Below are positions 35,741 through 44,502 of a stretch of 64,000 nt of DNA, one piece after another. The stretch is from Pseudobdellovibrionaceae bacterium (GTDB lineage: Bacteria; Bdellovibrionota; Bdellovibrionia; Bdellovibrionales; UBA1609). The notes under the pieces were generated by a model. The model saw only the letters and a list, made by a program, of their open reading frames with translations. It was not told the origin of the DNA and did no database searches. How positions within the stretch are numbered: the first letter of the stretch is position 1; the number at the start of each line of letters is the position of its first letter. A program made the position numbers and the translations under genes. The stretch is taken from positions 5,229 through 69,228 of the forward strand of contig JAMLIO010000008.1 of NCBI GenBank assembly GCA_023954155.1, written 5' to 3'.

Positions 35741-36709
35741 CTATAAATCTCTGAGTGGAACTTGAAGGCTGATGGGACAATGATCCGAGATGTAGTCCTT
35801 GTAATATTTGGGATTTTCATAGGACTTAGGCTCTTTAGAGGCATGTAATGAACAAGCCACAAACATCTCATAAGTGTTTAGCCAATTGGCTTTAGGCACA
35901 AGTAAGTAATCAAAAAAGCGATTTTTACCACTGCCTAAGTGGGTGGTCAGAGCAAACTCGGTGTGGAGCTCTAAAGAGCGACGGTCGGCTTGATCAAGAT
36001 AAAGATAAATGTCGTCCTTTTTCATGCGGGTAGAGTCTTTGCTAAAAGCATTGAAGTCTCCACCAATCACAAGGCCTTTTTCTTTATGAAGACCTTGTTC
36101 AATGATTTGATCAAATAAAGAGGCCATTTGCTGTACGCGAAACTCGGAGTGCATGGGACTAGCGCGTAAGTGCACGTTGATGGTGTGAAGGAATTTGGTT
36201 TTGTTCTGCAGGGACTGAAATTGCAAATAGAGGGCATTTCTAAGACCAAAAATTTTAAAGCTGATATCAAAAGTACGATCGGTGTCGTGAACGTCTTTAG
36301 AAACCCCCACAGGAGCCACGGTCTTAGGATTGTAACAGGTCACCACATACTGGTAACTTGAACCTCTGTTGCGTGTGCTGAGGCACTTGTACCCACGGCC
36401 AATGGTCTTTTGCAGACGTAAAGGGTCGGTGATCTCTTGAAAGAGAAAAATATCAGTGTCTTTGTAATAGGTTTTAAAAAAGCGTGTGAGGTGTCCGTCT
36501 CTTTCTTCATCATTGTGGGGAGGGAACTTTTTTGACCCATACCAGCGCAAATTAAAAGACGCCACTTCAAGGGAGTTTGTGGTTTTGGCCAGTGAAGGTG
36601 AAGAGGTAAAAACCTGTAAGAGCGCAAAGACCAGTGTGCTCAAAAAAAGAGCGGGTAATTTCGATTTAAAGAGAGTGTGGGGCACAAACATGGGATGATT
36701 ATCTATCAC
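35741..36709 (-). CDS. secreted endonuclease/exonuclease/phosphatase (EEP) family protein
   Basis: Signal peptide. SFNLRWYG, FLFQEI, GGDFNA and C-terminal SDHCPISL are the canonical EEP blocks. Confidence 0.75.
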   Translation of the reverse strand: MIDNHPMFVPHTLFKSKLPALFLSTLVFALLQVFTSSPSLAKTTNSLEVASFNLRWYGSKKFPPHNDEERDGHLTRFFKTYYKDTDIFLFQEITDPLRLQKTIGRGYKCLSTRNRGSSYQYVVTCYNPKTVAPVGVSKDVHDTDRTFDISFKIFGLRNALYLQFQSLQNKTKFLHTINVHLRASPMHSEFRVQQMASLFDQIIEQGLHKEKGLVIGGDFNAFSKDSTRMKKDDIYLYLDQADRRSLELHTEFALTTHLGSGKNRFFDYLLVPKANWLNTYEMFVACSLHASKEPKSYENPKYYKDYISDHCPISLQVPLRDL

Positions 36710-36735
36710 TCCTCTAAAGAGGCAAGGAATAACTC

Positions 36736-37695
36736 ATGAAGACACCTTGTCATTCCGTGGGGCATTCCTTACACTTTAATTCTATGCATCTCAGAGTCAT
36801 TGCACCTAGTTTTAAAATCAGCGATGAGGATTGGGCTCGTACCTACGAGCTATTAAACCAGTCTCAGTGCTCCTATGCGGTCAATCTCCCGTTATTTGAA
36901 GAAGGGCAGCTGTGTGCGGCTTCACTGGATAAGCGTATAAAGGACTTAAAAGAGTCGATTTTAGACCCTAAGGCTCAGATCATTTGGTGTCTGCGTGGGG
37001 GGTATGGGGCCTTGCACCTTTTGCCGCACTTGCAGAAACTTAAAAAACCAAAATCTATCAAGCTTTTGATTGGTTTTAGTGACATTACAATTTTGCATTA
37101 CTTTATCAATCAAAAGTGGGGTTGGCCGTCTTTGCATTACAGACACTTAAATAGTTTTGTAAAGGATCAGTCTGTGGCCGAAGGGCTCAAGGTCTTTCGT
37201 CAAACGTGCAAAAATCTACACGCTTCAAGCCCCTTGGTGTTTAAAGGGCTTAAGCCTCTAAATACTAGGGCCAAAGAGTGTCTGAAAAAAGGGAAGTCCA
37301 TGAAGGCCCCCATAGTGGGCGGCAATCTGATCACCATGCAGTCTTTGATAGGGTTAGATGTTCCCCCACCCCAAAAGCAGTGGCTGTTTTTAGAAGAGAT
37401 TGACGAGCCTATTTATAAAATTGATCGCGCCTTAACTCAATTGCAGCAGTCAGGGTGGCTTAGGTCCGTTAAAGGAATTTTCTTAGGAAGCTTCACACAT
37501 TATAAACCTGAAATAGAGCAAGACATTCGTAAATATTTAACATCTGGCTTAGAGCACTTACCTGTCCCAGTATTTGGATTTCTGCCTTGTGGGCACATGA
37601 CTCCACAGCGTCCACTTTTTTTAAACACCTCCAGTGTACTGAGCTTTACAAAAACCTCAGCCACACTGACCAATCAGACCTTTTCAGTCTTGTAG
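36736..37695 (+). CDS. ldcA: LD-carboxypeptidase (S66, muramoyltetrapeptide carboxypeptidase)
   Basis: IAPS..., IWCLRGGYGALHLL, and the nucleophile context GFSDITILH. Lies next to mpl. Confidence 0.75.
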   Translation: MKTPCHSVGHSLHFNSMHLRVIAPSFKISDEDWARTYELLNQSQCSYAVNLPLFEEGQLCAASLDKRIKDLKESILDPKAQIIWCLRGGYGALHLLPHLQKLKKPKSIKLLIGFSDITILHYFINQKWGWPSLHYRHLNSFVKDQSVAEGLKVFRQTCKNLHASSPLVFKGLKPLNTRAKECLKKGKSMKAPIVGGNLITMQSLIGLDVPPPQKQWLFLEEIDEPIYKIDRALTQLQQSGWLRSVKGIFLGSFTHYKPEIEQDIRKYLTSGLEHLPVPVFGFLPCGHMTPQRPLFLNTSSVLSFTKTSATLTNQTFSVL

Positions 37696-37706
37696 GAAAT
37701 TAAAGT

Positions 37707-38777
37707 ATGGCTTTGTCTAAAACTGCAATCACCAAAACATTACAAGCCCAACTGCTAAAAGACGTCTTTGTGCCCTTACAAGAAAGCCATAAAGATTTAA
37801 GTTTACAAATGGCAGTCTTATATAAAAACGAGCAGTGGAAGTTTTCATTCGGAAAGTCCTTTAAGTTCTTTGATCTGGCGTCTCTGACCAAACCCATCTT
37901 TGCCATGAGTTTATGTATGTATTTAGAAGATCGCTCGCCTGGATTTGTATCGCAAACAGTGTCCAGTCATTTGCCATGGTTTAAGTTTCCGAAGGTGAAG
38001 ATCAAAGACCTTTTGGCGCATCAAAGTGGCGCCCCCGCACTTTATCCTGTGTTTGAAGAACTTAAGCACGACACCTTAAGTGGGCTTGCCCCCTTAAACC
38101 TCTTAATCCGAGAGGTGGATTTTAATATGTCTGAACCCGTGTACTCTGATGTGGGATTTTTTATTTTAGGCGCAGTCTTAGAAGAGGTATTTAATAGACC
38201 TTTGATTGAAGTTTTTAAGGACGCACACCAAGGTCAAATGTCCTCAGCCCTGACAGAGGCGTGGGGCACCATGCACTTTCGAATGACGGGCCAAAAGAAA
38301 GAGGATTCTAAAAACTACGCCCCCACTGAAAATTGCCCCCTTCGTCACAAGGTGATCCAAGGTGAAGTCCATGACGAGAGCTGCTGGAAGATGGGTGGAG
38401 TGTCCACACACGCGGGTCTGTTTGGTAGTCTTGAGGATGTCTCGCAGTGGGTGAGGGTGCTCAATCAAGTGTTTCAGGGAAATAAATTTTATTCACGCAA
38501 AACGATCTCTACTTTTTATAAAAAACAAATCGGTGATTGGAGATTGGGGCTGATGGTGCCTTCGCGTCCACGCTCTACAGCAGGCGAAACTTTTTCCGAG
38601 GCCTCCTATGGTCATTTGGGATTTACGGGCACCTCAATTTGGGTGGACCCCAAACAAGATCTATCCGTGGTGGTACTGTCAAATAGGACTTACCCCGATC
38701 GCCGAATCAATATGTTAAATCAATTTAGACCTCACATTCATAACTTGGTGGCCAAAGTCATAAAGGACAACAAATGA
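37707..38777 (+). CDS. serine hydrolase of the class-C beta-lactamase / DD-peptidase (AmpH-like) family
   Basis: SxxK motif in LASLTKPIF, YSD(V) (YxN-like) motif, and HLGFTGTS (KTG-like region). Confidence 0.7.
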   Translation: MALSKTAITKTLQAQLLKDVFVPLQESHKDLSLQMAVLYKNEQWKFSFGKSFKFFDLASLTKPIFAMSLCMYLEDRSPGFVSQTVSSHLPWFKFPKVKIKDLLAHQSGAPALYPVFEELKHDTLSGLAPLNLLIREVDFNMSEPVYSDVGFFILGAVLEEVFNRPLIEVFKDAHQGQMSSALTEAWGTMHFRMTGQKKEDSKNYAPTENCPLRHKVIQGEVHDESCWKMGGVSTHAGLFGSLEDVSQWVRVLNQVFQGNKFYSRKTISTFYKKQIGDWRLGLMVPSRPRSTAGETFSEASYGHLGFTGTSIWVDPKQDLSVVVLSNRTYPDRRINMLNQFRPHIHNLVAKVIKDNK

Positions 38778-40225
38778 AACATAATATTTCAGAACTGAAA
38801 CCTGGAGCGCACATACATATCATGGGAATTTGTGGAACAGCGATGGGAAATTTTGCAGGACTCTTGCAAAGTATGGGTTACAAAGTGACAGGCAGTGATC
38901 AGAATGTATATCCCCCCATGTCTGATGTTCTAAAAAGTTTAGGCATTTCTATTTATCAGGGTTACAAAAAAGAAAATTTAAATCCAAAACCAGATTTTGT
39001 AGTTGTGGGCAATGTGATCACAAAAAGTATGGAAGAGGCCGAAGCTTTACTTGCATCAGACATTGCTTATGCCTCTTTTCCTGAAAGCATGGGGGATATG
39101 CTTTTAAAAAACAGTTACTCTATTGTGGTGTGTGGCACCCATGGCAAAACCACGACCACAGCCATGATGGCATGGATGGCCAGTGAATTACATCAACAAC
39201 CTGGTTACTTGATAGGTGGAGTACCTAAAAATTTTGATGTGTCTTTTGCTAAAGGTGGTGGCAAATACTTTATCATCGAAGGGGATGAGTACGACACGGC
39301 TTTTTTTGATAAGGTGCCAAAGTTTAAACATTATTTTCCCAAGTCTGCCATATTGACCAGTGTCGAGTTTGATCACGCTGACATTTATAAAGATTTAAAT
39401 GATGTACTAAGTGCATTTAAAATCCTAATGGAAAAACTGCCCGCCGATGGAAACCTAGTTTACCATTTTGATGATCAAAATATTGCAGGACTCTTGGAGT
39501 GGACACAGTGTCAAAACAAAGTGTCCTATGGTTTTAATAAAAAAGCGCAATTTAGAATAGAAGATGTCAAGTATACGGATCAGGGCACATCGTGGACGGT
39601 GGTGGAACGAAAAGCAGAGGGTAGAGAAGTATCAACTTTACTGACAAGCTCTATGAGTGGGGATCATAATATTTTAAACTTTACAGCCAACTTTGCTCTA
39701 GCCACCCAATTAGGATGGGATCACAAAGGGGTTGTAAAGGCCATTGCCACGTTTCAAGGTGTTAAACGTCGACAAGAGATTTTAGGCGAGTTTGGCGGCG
39801 TGCTTGTCATCGAAGATTTTGCCCATCATCCTACAGCTGTAAAGGTCACCTTAGAGGGTTTAAAAAAGAAGTACGCAGGTCGCAGGCTGTTAGCTGCCTT
39901 TGAACCCAGGTCTGCCACAAGCAGAAAGTCGATCTTTCAAAAAGATTATGTGGGGGCTTTTGATCATAAGGCTGATCACACTTTTATTATGCAAGCCTAT
40001 GTGCCCCAAGGTAAGGCGGCTGAAGAGGATGGATTTTCGGCCGTGAAGTTAGTGGAAGATCTTAAGGTTCAAGGGAACTCTGTGTGTTTAGCCACAACTT
40101 ACGAAGAGCTTGTAAGCGAAGTGCTGACACAGGCCAAACCTCACGATGTGTTAGTGCTTATGAGTAACGGAGGTTTTGGCGGCATCTATTCTCAGATTAC
40201 TAAAGGACTAGGGACCTCACGCTGA
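38774..40225 (+). CDS. mpl: UDP-N-acetylmuramate:L-alanyl-gamma-D-glutamyl-meso-diaminopimelate ligase
   Basis: HIHIMGICGTAMGNFAGLL and GSDQNVYPPMS at the N-terminus, with the Mur-ligase P-loop GTHGKTTTT. The ATGA-type overlap with the upstream gene suggests an operon. Confidence 0.85.
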   Translation: MKHNISELKPGAHIHIMGICGTAMGNFAGLLQSMGYKVTGSDQNVYPPMSDVLKSLGISIYQGYKKENLNPKPDFVVVGNVITKSMEEAEALLASDIAYASFPESMGDMLLKNSYSIVVCGTHGKTTTTAMMAWMASELHQQPGYLIGGVPKNFDVSFAKGGGKYFIIEGDEYDTAFFDKVPKFKHYFPKSAILTSVEFDHADIYKDLNDVLSAFKILMEKLPADGNLVYHFDDQNIAGLLEWTQCQNKVSYGFNKKAQFRIEDVKYTDQGTSWTVVERKAEGREVSTLLTSSMSGDHNILNFTANFALATQLGWDHKGVVKAIATFQGVKRRQEILGEFGGVLVIEDFAHHPTAVKVTLEGLKKKYAGRRLLAAFEPRSATSRKSIFQKDYVGAFDHKADHTFIMQAYVPQGKAAEEDGFSAVKLVEDLKVQGNSVCLATTYEELVSEVLTQAKPHDVLVLMSNGGFGGIYSQITKGLGTSR

Positions 40226-40918
40226 GGGTTGGCCTGAACCTTCGGCAATCAGTTGGTTGGGTGTCGAGTAAGTTTCCACAAGGTCTACAATCATACACAG
40301 ATAGTAGAGCAAGATGGCGTTAAGAATATGCCACATGAAGTGTGTTCCAAAGGGAATGAAGTGACACAGTGGAATGTCTACGCATCTGAAAAATAAAGCT
40401 AATGAAAATATGTTTAAGGCTTTTAAAAAGTGATGTCTTAAAAACACTGAAGGAAAAGTAAACCACACCTTCATGGTAAAGATGAATAAAAATAACCAAG
40501 CAGGTAAGTAGCTAAAGGTTCCTGCGGCAATATGTTTAAACTTCATATCCATCAGTAGGGTAAGAGAGACAAAAGCCACCACAATCAGCAGATTGAGCCA
40601 CAAAGGTCGGTTTAAAATACGTTTATTGGCCCATATCAGATAAACAATAATAAAACTAAAAATAGGAACCACATCCAGCCACATGGCCAGAGGTGTGGCA
40701 AGCAAATGAAAACTGATACTGCCTAAACCAATCACTAAAACCCACGAGACGAAAAAATAATAGATGCGTGAGACTTTTTTGAATTGGCGAATTTGATAAA
40801 CAAGGGCAAAGAAAGCCACGATAAAAGCAAAGTTACTGATGAGATTGATGGGCTCTTGCCATAATCCCCAATCTGTTCTTTCACAATAGGAGACAATAAA
40901 ATCTGTCATATAAATCAT
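40217..40918 (-). CDS. polytopic membrane protein, alkaline-ceramidase-like family
   Basis: About 7 TM segments. N-terminal YCERTDWGLWQEPINLISNFAF resembles the ceramidase-family CE...EP.N..SN signature. Conserved His residues are present (SFHL, MWHI). Confidence 0.4.
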   Translation of the reverse strand: MIYMTDFIVSYCERTDWGLWQEPINLISNFAFIVAFFALVYQIRQFKKVSRIYYFFVSWVLVIGLGSISFHLLATPLAMWLDVVPIFSFIIVYLIWANKRILNRPLWLNLLIVVAFVSLTLLMDMKFKHIAAGTFSYLPAWLFLFIFTMKVWFTFPSVFLRHHFLKALNIFSLALFFRCVDIPLCHFIPFGTHFMWHILNAILLYYLCMIVDLVETYSTPNQLIAEGSGQPSA

Positions 40919-41059
40919 TTTATACTTAAATAGATTCTAATTTAAAACAAAACTTTAATCCAGACGATGGTCCTAATGCGAGACGCATAAGCTTGGCAGT
41001 CCCTTAAACCCTGCTTGTAATGAAGGAGAGATCAATCTTTTAACAAGGAAGGTTATAAG

Positions 41060-41452
41060 GTGAAATATATCTTTTCACTCCTATTTCTGGTGGGTATGAG
41101 TGCTGTGGCAACGAACGCTCATGCAAATTGTTCATCGACTTTAGACTCTAAGACGGATGCAAATCTTAAACGTTTTATAGAAAAATTAGACCCATTTTGG
41201 GGGACATGGAGAGGCACCTACCAAGGGGAAAGAATTGTAGGGGAGCTGTATTTAGACAAACAGAACCGTTTTAATATCACGGGCTCTTACAAAAACCAAA
41301 ATATCAGAGATGTAAAAGTGAAGTTGTGTTATCGCAATAATAAATTTCAAGCGGTCGTGTATGGCTTTACGGCAGATGTGGAAGTGCTTAGTTCACGTTC
41401 ATTGCGCGCAAACCACTTTCTACTGAGCGAACCTGTTACAGTTAAAAGATAG
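41060..41452 (+). CDS. secreted hypothetical protein (130 aa)
   Basis: GTG start with an AAGGAAGG-rich SD. Signal peptide ...SAVATNAHA. Confidence 0.45.
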   Translation: MKYIFSLLFLVGMSAVATNAHANCSSTLDSKTDANLKRFIEKLDPFWGTWRGTYQGERIVGELYLDKQNRFNITGSYKNQNIRDVKVKLCYRNNKFQAVVYGFTADVEVLSSRSLRANHFLLSEPVTVKR

Positions 41453-41592
41453 TTAGAGAAACTTTGGCTGGTAAGCGGTGGGTGGGGTTACTGCCCTCTC
41501 ATTATGCTGTCGCCCCTAGAGTTCAAATTTAAGAAGCCCTTAGTAGATGTTACTAGGGGTTAGATTTTTAAAGTGAAAGTTACAATTTTTAA

Positions 41593-41823
41593 TTATCGCG
41601 ATTGTGAGTTATTAAGGAACTGACTTTTTTGCAGTTGGTTTTCAAGCTCTGTGAGCTTTTGTAGGTCTTTGGGTTTGACGTCTCTTGAGCTTTTCATTTT
41701 ACTTTTAAGGGACGAGATTTCGTCTTGCAATTTTTGATGTTCACTATTTGAGGACTGGGCCCAAACCCCGTGGTTAAGAGCGAGAACACTTATAAAGGTG
41801 AAAATCAGATATAGCTTTCTCAT
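41593..41823 (-). CDS. small secreted coiled-coil protein (76 aa)
   Basis: ATG at 41823 (MRKLYLIFTFISVLALNHGVWA) is preceded by AGGGGG. The rest is a charged helical repeat. Confidence 0.45.
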   Translation of the reverse strand: MRKLYLIFTFISVLALNHGVWAQSSNSEHQKLQDEISSLKSKMKSSRDVKPKDLQKLTELENQLQKSQFLNNSQSR

Positions 41824-42018
41824 ACCCCCTATTATCTCAACTCCTGAGCAATAAAAAAAGCGCAATTATAGTTTTTTTGTCTATCCTGTAAAAAAGAGAC
41901 TTTAATGGCGTTAAAATGTCTCAAAGCGATACGGTTTTGACCTCAAATCCAAATTAACCCCTATTGACTGCCTGCTCTTTTCTTGAATTCACTTTCAGAA
42001 ACTGCCAAATTATCGGGT

Positions 42019-44502
42019 ATGACAAGTGCCGAAACATCTAAAAAGCTGACCCCTTTAATGCAACAGTATTGGGAGATCAAAGACCTCCACCCTGACGAAA
42101 TTCTTTTATTTCGTATGGGAGATTTTTATGAAATCTTTTATGAGGATGCCATCAAGGCCGCCCCTATTGTGGGACTGACTTTGACCTCAAGAAATAAAAA
42201 ATCAGGGGACGAAACTCCGATGTGTGGGTTCCCTCATCATAGCGTGGCGGGACCTTTACAAAAGCTTTTAGAGGCGGGGCATAGGGTAGCGATCTGTGAT
42301 CAGGTGGAAGACCCTGCTTTGGCGAAGGGATTAGTAAAACGTGCAGTCACTCGTCGTCTAAGCCCAGGTATGGTCTTTGACCCCGACACTTTAGATCAAA
42401 TGCAAGGCCATTATATGATGGCTGTGGATGAAGACCACTTGGCATTTTTAGATGCCACTACAGGAGAAGCTTTTTATTATAAAAACGACGGTGATTTAAA
42501 TTACTATTTTGAAGCTTTAAACGTAGTGGAAGTGATTGTTAGCGACAAAGACATCTTTCAAAAGTTAGAGGCTCCTAAAAAAGTATGTCTGACTTTGTTT
42601 GATAAGGTGAAAAATCCTAAGCAGCCTGCAACCCAAACTCTTTTGGATTATGTCAGGTACACTCAAGGTGAGGAGGCGTTGCCTCAGTTTGAAAAGTTCA
42701 AGTACATTCAACGAAGTGCTTTCCTAAATATTTCAGGACGAGTTTTTAAACATCTAGAAGTGTTTAAAAATTACGAAGGGGACAATACAGGCAGCCTTTT
42801 TTCTGCCATTCAAAGAACCTGCACGCCTGCAGGAGCTAGAAAGCTCAAGCAGTGGTTGCGTACCCCCTTGGTCATGCAAGACGAGATTGAACGCCGTTTA
42901 GAGCAAGTCACCTTGTGGAAGCGAGATTATTTTAAACTTAAAAACTTAAGAGCCATCCTTTCTGAACTTGGAGACTTAGAACGTAGAGTGGTTAAGATCG
43001 CAAGTCCTAGTTGCAATCCCAAAGACCTTTTAAGACTGGCAGAAAGTTTAAACACAGTTCGTAGACTGTCTATGCTTGTGCCTTTAGATGCCACGCAAGT
43101 GCAAAAGGTCCTTGATGCCGAAGCTCTTATAGGCCAGGCGATTAAAGAAGATGTGCCTGCCTTGTTACAAGCAGGTGGTTTTATCCGCAAAGGGTATAAG
43201 CCTGAACTGGATGCGGTGTTAGAGCTTGCGGATGAAACCCAAAGTCTGATCTCTAAAATGGAACAGGCCGAAAAGCAGGCCACAGGCATTTCTAGTTTAA
43301 AGATCAGATACAACAGTGTATTTGGATTTTATATTGAGGTGACCAAAACCCATTCGGAAAAAGTGCCTTCGCATTACATTCGTAAACAGACATTAACCCA
43401 ATCTGAAAGATACACCACAGAAGAACTGCAAGGTTTAGAAGAAAAAGTGTTATCAGCAAAATCTAAAAAGATTGAACTGGAACTGCAAGAGTTTGTGGAT
43501 ATAAAACAACGTTTGATTGCGGACTCCAAAGACTTTTTGAATTTATGTCACCACCTTTCAGAGTTAGATGTCTTGTCGTCTTTTGCGTGGCTTGCGGTAG
43601 AAAGAAATTACTGTCTGCCTCAATTTAATGATACGGGACGAATGGAGATCTACGAATCTAGGCATCCTGTGGTGGAACAAAGCAGTGAAGTGAGCTTTCG
43701 TCCTAATACCATCATGATTGACCCAGGTCATGGACTTTTAATCACGGGTCCCAATATGGCGGGGAAGTCGACCATCATGCGACAGGTGGCACTGACTGTG
43801 ATTCTTGCACAAGTGGGGTCTTATGTTCCTGCAACTGAAGCGAGCCTTCCTGTTTTTGAACAGATATTTACGCGCATTGGGGCTTCAGACTCTTTAAGCC
43901 AAGGGCTATCTACCTTTATGGTGGAGATGACTGAAACTGCAGAGCTGTTAAAATTAGCTGATGCCAAAAGTCTTGTGATTTTAGATGAGATTGGACGTGG
44001 GACAAGTACCTATGATGGTTTAAGTTTGGCGCAAGCTATTCTTGAAAACCTACTTGTTAAAAAATGCACCTTTATGTTCTCTACCCATTACCAAGAGCTT
44101 GTGGCTTTGGATCAAGACTTTAAACATCTTAAGAATGTGCACATGGGAGCGATCAGGCAGGATGACAAGATCATCTTTCAGTATGTGCTTAAGTCTGGAC
44201 CCGCCGAACAGTCTTACGGAATTGATGTGGCCAAGCTCGCGGGTGTTCCTGGAAGTGTCACACGAAGAGCGGGAACTCTACTTAAGCTTTATGAATCTCA
44301 ACGAAAGAACTCTTTAGGTTCTCAAACCTCATTTAATATGGATACAATGGTAGAAGAAGGGAAAGATCAAAGTGAAGACCCCAGTCCCACTTTAGATCCC
44401 AAAGCCTTGGAAGTGTTAGAGGGTATAAGAAACTACCCCACACAACAAGTGACCCCTCTTGAGGCATTAAATGAGATCGCAAAGTGGCAAAAGAATTTAT
44501 AG
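42019..44502 (+). CDS. mutS: DNA mismatch repair protein MutS
   Basis: TPLMQQYWEIK...LLFRMGDFYE mismatch-binding N-terminus. Walker A GPNMAGKST. STFMVEM and DEIGRGTSTYDG. The start could also be the TTG at 41983. Confidence 0.92.
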   Translation: MTSAETSKKLTPLMQQYWEIKDLHPDEILLFRMGDFYEIFYEDAIKAAPIVGLTLTSRNKKSGDETPMCGFPHHSVAGPLQKLLEAGHRVAICDQVEDPALAKGLVKRAVTRRLSPGMVFDPDTLDQMQGHYMMAVDEDHLAFLDATTGEAFYYKNDGDLNYYFEALNVVEVIVSDKDIFQKLEAPKKVCLTLFDKVKNPKQPATQTLLDYVRYTQGEEALPQFEKFKYIQRSAFLNISGRVFKHLEVFKNYEGDNTGSLFSAIQRTCTPAGARKLKQWLRTPLVMQDEIERRLEQVTLWKRDYFKLKNLRAILSELGDLERRVVKIASPSCNPKDLLRLAESLNTVRRLSMLVPLDATQVQKVLDAEALIGQAIKEDVPALLQAGGFIRKGYKPELDAVLELADETQSLISKMEQAEKQATGISSLKIRYNSVFGFYIEVTKTHSEKVPSHYIRKQTLTQSERYTTEELQGLEEKVLSAKSKKIELELQEFVDIKQRLIADSKDFLNLCHHLSELDVLSSFAWLAVERNYCLPQFNDTGRMEIYESRHPVVEQSSEVSFRPNTIMIDPGHGLLITGPNMAGKSTIMRQVALTVILAQVGSYVPATEASLPVFEQIFTRIGASDSLSQGLSTFMVEMTETAELLKLADAKSLVILDEIGRGTSTYDGLSLAQAILENLLVKKCTFMFSTHYQELVALDQDFKHLKNVHMGAIRQDDKIIFQYVLKSGPAEQSYGIDVAKLAGVPGSVTRRAGTLLKLYESQRKNSLGSQTSFNMDTMVEEGKDQSEDPSPTLDPKALEVLEGIRNYPTQQVTPLEALNEIAKWQKNL

